From positions 1 to 36,157 of the IMG/VR virus record IMGVR_UViG_3300028592_000047: DNA of 36,157 bases. One strand, 5' to 3'. A program made the position numbers and the translations under genes. The notes under the pieces were generated by a model that saw only the letters and a list, made by a program, of their open reading frames with translations, searched no databases and was not told the origin of the DNA. Positions 33,809 to 36,157 of this stretch are shown one piece after another. The first letter of the stretch is position 1. Each line of letters opens with the position of its first letter. The stretch is from a virus (Duplodnaviria; Caudoviricetes).

Positions 33809-35277
33809 TCGCTGTTCCCCTTCGCCAAAAGCCCGCCGCCGACACCGCCCATCTTGTTTTTCAGGAACTCCTTGAGCCAAGAAGCTTGTTTCTTACCGCC
33901 GCCCAACTTGTCTACGAGTTTTTCGATGTTAGCCTTGGTGTAGCTCTTAGCCCCCGCCTTAACCAGTGGCGGGACAATCAGAGCCGAAGTGCCGCCGACA
34001 GCTGCGCCGACTGGACCGGCCAGAATGCCGCCCGCCGCCGCGCCGCTTCCGAACGAGCCTAGCTTGGTTGCGGCGCTAACGGCGCTGTTGGCCAGCCCCT
34101 GTTCCCAGCCCTCGCCGCGCACGATGTTCTTGAGCAGTTCGGCTTCTTCGTCGTCCATCCCGCGAGTGCCCTTGTTGAGCATCTGACGGAATGGTCCGAT
34201 CTCGCCGGCGATGGTGCCGCCCGCGTTCTTGCCCTTCTCGATCGCCTGCTCCACGCCCTTTCGGACCTGCAGCGTTCGGTTGCTCTCGCGGGCTCCCTTG
34301 ATGAGCCTCTGGGCTTCAGCGTTGGACGCGTTCTTCGGCTGGACTGTTTCGACGAAATCGTCGATAGCCCGGCGCATCAGATCGCCCATGTGGCTTACGC
34401 CATTGCCCCCGGAAACGTCACGGTCGATGATCTGGCGCTGGGTGTCCAGATCGAGAAGGCTCCGAGGGCTCCGCTCCGAAAAGCGCTTGGCCCGGATTGC
34501 GGCGGGCTTGTGCAACTCGGGGTCCATGTGAGCCCCGCGAAGCTTGCCCTGCATGTCCTTCGCCAGCTTGGCGATGTCCTTCGGGTTGTACTCGATGCCC
34601 GCATCGTCGACAGCTTTGTAGGCGGCATCCTTTGCCGTGTACATTTCATCCAACGATTTGGGTGGGGTTACGCTGTCGCCCAGAATACCCGGCAGCAAGC
34701 CGGTCTTCTTGGACAGCCAGCCAAGTCCGGAGCTCAGCGTCTTGCCGAGCACGGTTCCGCCAGCGCCGCCGACCATGCCTTGAAGCATGCCCGTATCGGC
34801 GTCCTCGCCTTCGCCCGCCGCAACGCCGCCGCCAACCAACCCGCCCGCCAACGTCTCGCGTACCATCGACGGCAGGAACCCCGACCCCGAAATAGCGGGC
34901 AGCGCCGTGCCAACTGCCGTCGAGGCGATCTTGCTCGGGGCGATCAGAGCGAGAATATCTGTACCGATCTTGGCTGATCCCGCCCTTTCTCGAGCTTCTT
35001 CACTCTTTTGCGCTTCTGCTTCCGGGTTAGGTAGAAGCTTGTTGAGCTGCCCAAAAGTGATAGTATCTGCAAAATTTCTGGCGGTATCGTCCGCCGCTTG
35101 TGCGGCTTGCAAGTACCAGGGTTGCGCACGGAATTTTTCCACCGCAGTTGGCTCCGGCGTCAATGCCGCAGCTTGGGACATCGATTTGATCTCAGCGGCC
35201 AGACGGCGGGCAGCGTTGGTGTCGCCCGCCTTGTCCGCGTTACGGAGAGCTTTCTCGAGTTGTTCGCGTGTCGCCAT
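33805..35277 (-). CDS. Putative internal virion / DNA ejection protein
   Basis: 490 aa; MATREQLEKALRNADKAGD N-terminus, ADTITFG motif, Gly/Ala-rich hydrophobic segments; end of structural arm. Confidence 0.7.
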   Translation of the reverse strand: MATREQLEKALRNADKAGDTNAARRLAAEIKSMSQAAALTPEPTAVEKFRAQPWYLQAAQAADDTARNFADTITFGQLNKLLPNPEAEAQKSEEARERAGSAKIGTDILALIAPSKIASTAVGTALPAISGSGFLPSMVRETLAGGLVGGGVAAGEGEDADTGMLQGMVGGAGGTVLGKTLSSGLGWLSKKTGLLPGILGDSVTPPKSLDEMYTAKDAAYKAVDDAGIEYNPKDIAKLAKDMQGKLRGAHMDPELHKPAAIRAKRFSERSPRSLLDLDTQRQIIDRDVSGGNGVSHMGDLMRRAIDDFVETVQPKNASNAEAQRLIKGARESNRTLQVRKGVEQAIEKGKNAGGTIAGEIGPFRQMLNKGTRGMDDEEAELLKNIVRGEGWEQGLANSAVSAATKLGSFGSGAAAGGILAGPVGAAVGGTSALIVPPLVKAGAKSYTKANIEKLVDKLGGGKKQASWLKEFLKNKMGGVGGGLLAKGNSE

Positions 35278-35278
35278 A

Positions 35279-36157
35279 TCAGTCCCCGTACTGCTTGACC
35301 AGATCTTCGATGCTGCCCTCTTCGGCCTTAGGTGCTTCCGGGGCCTGCACTTTTCGAAGCATCCGGCGGACCTTCTCGCGGTCCTTCTCTTCCGGATAGC
35401 TGTTGATCAGAGTGTCAACATCGGTGTTGTACTGCTCGATTTTCTTGCGTGCGCCCTTCTCCATGATGTCGAATATTTGGCGCATGCCCTTTTCGGTGAG
35501 GGAGATGTCCCCACCAACTGCCTGTTCGATGAACTTGCGGTCGGCGTCCGAAATCGCGGTGCCGGAACCCAGCGCTTTGATCTTGGAGAGGACAGCCTCT
35601 TTGAGGGAAGCCTTGAATGCCTCGGTGGTCGACGTCGCTTCATCGGGGATGTCCATGATGTCAGCCCAGACCTTGCGGCCTTCGAGCTCCAACGGCGAAA
35701 GGGCGCTGCCGCCGACGATACCCTTGTCGAGCTTGCTGCGAGCATTCGTCACATAGTCGATCGTGTCGCGAGCGCCGGTTGCGGCGTCGAACTCGGTATC
35801 GTAGCGCTCGGCGTTGGTCTTCGCGAGCTCCTTGGTGAGGTTGTCGGAGCTATCGCCTGTGTTGACGTCCACCTTCGTCGTGACCGGCTTGGTGAGCCTC
35901 CACTCGTCAAAGGACTTGACAGGCTGCTGACGGGATTCCTGATCCAGCCGATACGCCTCGTAGTCCTTCTGATCGGTGGTCACCCCGGTACCTGGAATGT
36001 CGTTCTTGCCAACCGGGGTCTTGTCGTCCTTGTATACGGCGAGCTTGCCGCCAGTCTTCGGGTCATCGACAAGCTCAATCTCGCGCTTCTTTGGGACACC
36101 CATCGGCGATGAGATGTTGCCGTTTGTTTTGTCAACAATGACGAAAGTGCCGTCTTC
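35279..36157 (-). CDS. Putative internal virion / ejection protein (5' truncated)
   Basis: Frame open to the window edge; LGSGTAISDADRKFIEQAVG motif typical of podovirus injection proteins. Confidence 0.7.
   Translation of the reverse strand, partial: EDGTFVIVDKTNGNISSPMGVPKKREIELVDDPKTGGKLAVYKDDKTPVGKNDIPGTGVTTDQKDYEAYRLDQESRQQPVKSFDEWRLTKPVTTKVDVNTGDSSDNLTKELAKTNAERYDTEFDAATGARDTIDYVTNARSKLDKGIVGGSALSPLELEGRKVWADIMDIPDEATSTTEAFKASLKEAVLSKIKALGSGTAISDADRKFIEQAVGGDISLTEKGMRQIFDIMEKGARKKIEQYNTDVDTLINSYPEEKDREKVRRMLRKVQAPEAPKAEEGSIEDLVKQYGD

Noticed and set aside
34787-36112. 441-aa + strand ORF
   Set aside because: Antisense to two ejection-protein genes; low-complexity Ser/Ala translation
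1-36157. Frequent GTCGAC and CTAGG words; integrase or phage RNA polymerase
   Set aside because: GTCGAC follows from Val-Asp codon usage and CTAGG does not exceed a simple expectation; no recombinase or single-subunit RNAP motifs were seen in the window

Overview
The window is most of a ~60% GC lytic podovirus-type genome, probably infecting an alphaproteobacterium (host inferred only from endolysin type and codon usage). Minus strand 1-11.4 kb and 33.8-36.2 kb carry packaging, head, lysis and ejection genes: terS, terL, portal, scaffold, DUF5309/LUZ24-like major capsid, GH19 endolysin, putative holin and adaptor. A ~1 kb repeat-rich non-coding divergence region lies at 11.4-12.3 kb. Plus strand 12.4-33.7 kb carries small early genes followed by AEP primase-SF3 helicase, SSB, family A DNA polymerase, VRR-NUC nuclease and SNF2 helicase. 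It also carries a complete candidate 2-aminoadenine (Z-genome) pathway: purZ, a MazG-like mazZ and an HD-domain datZ, next to a PolA with strongly remodelled finger and minor-groove residues. Structure not explained by the gene list includes at least 24 dispersed copies of the octamer CCGAAAGG, a three-member paralogous domain family each behind its own promoter, and 15 near-identical TTGAC-N17/18-TGnTAnnnT promoters. There are also several structured non-coding RNAs (one a miniature tRNA-like fold) and two strand-specific adenine-poor tracts. All calls come from motif recognition by eye; no searches were run.
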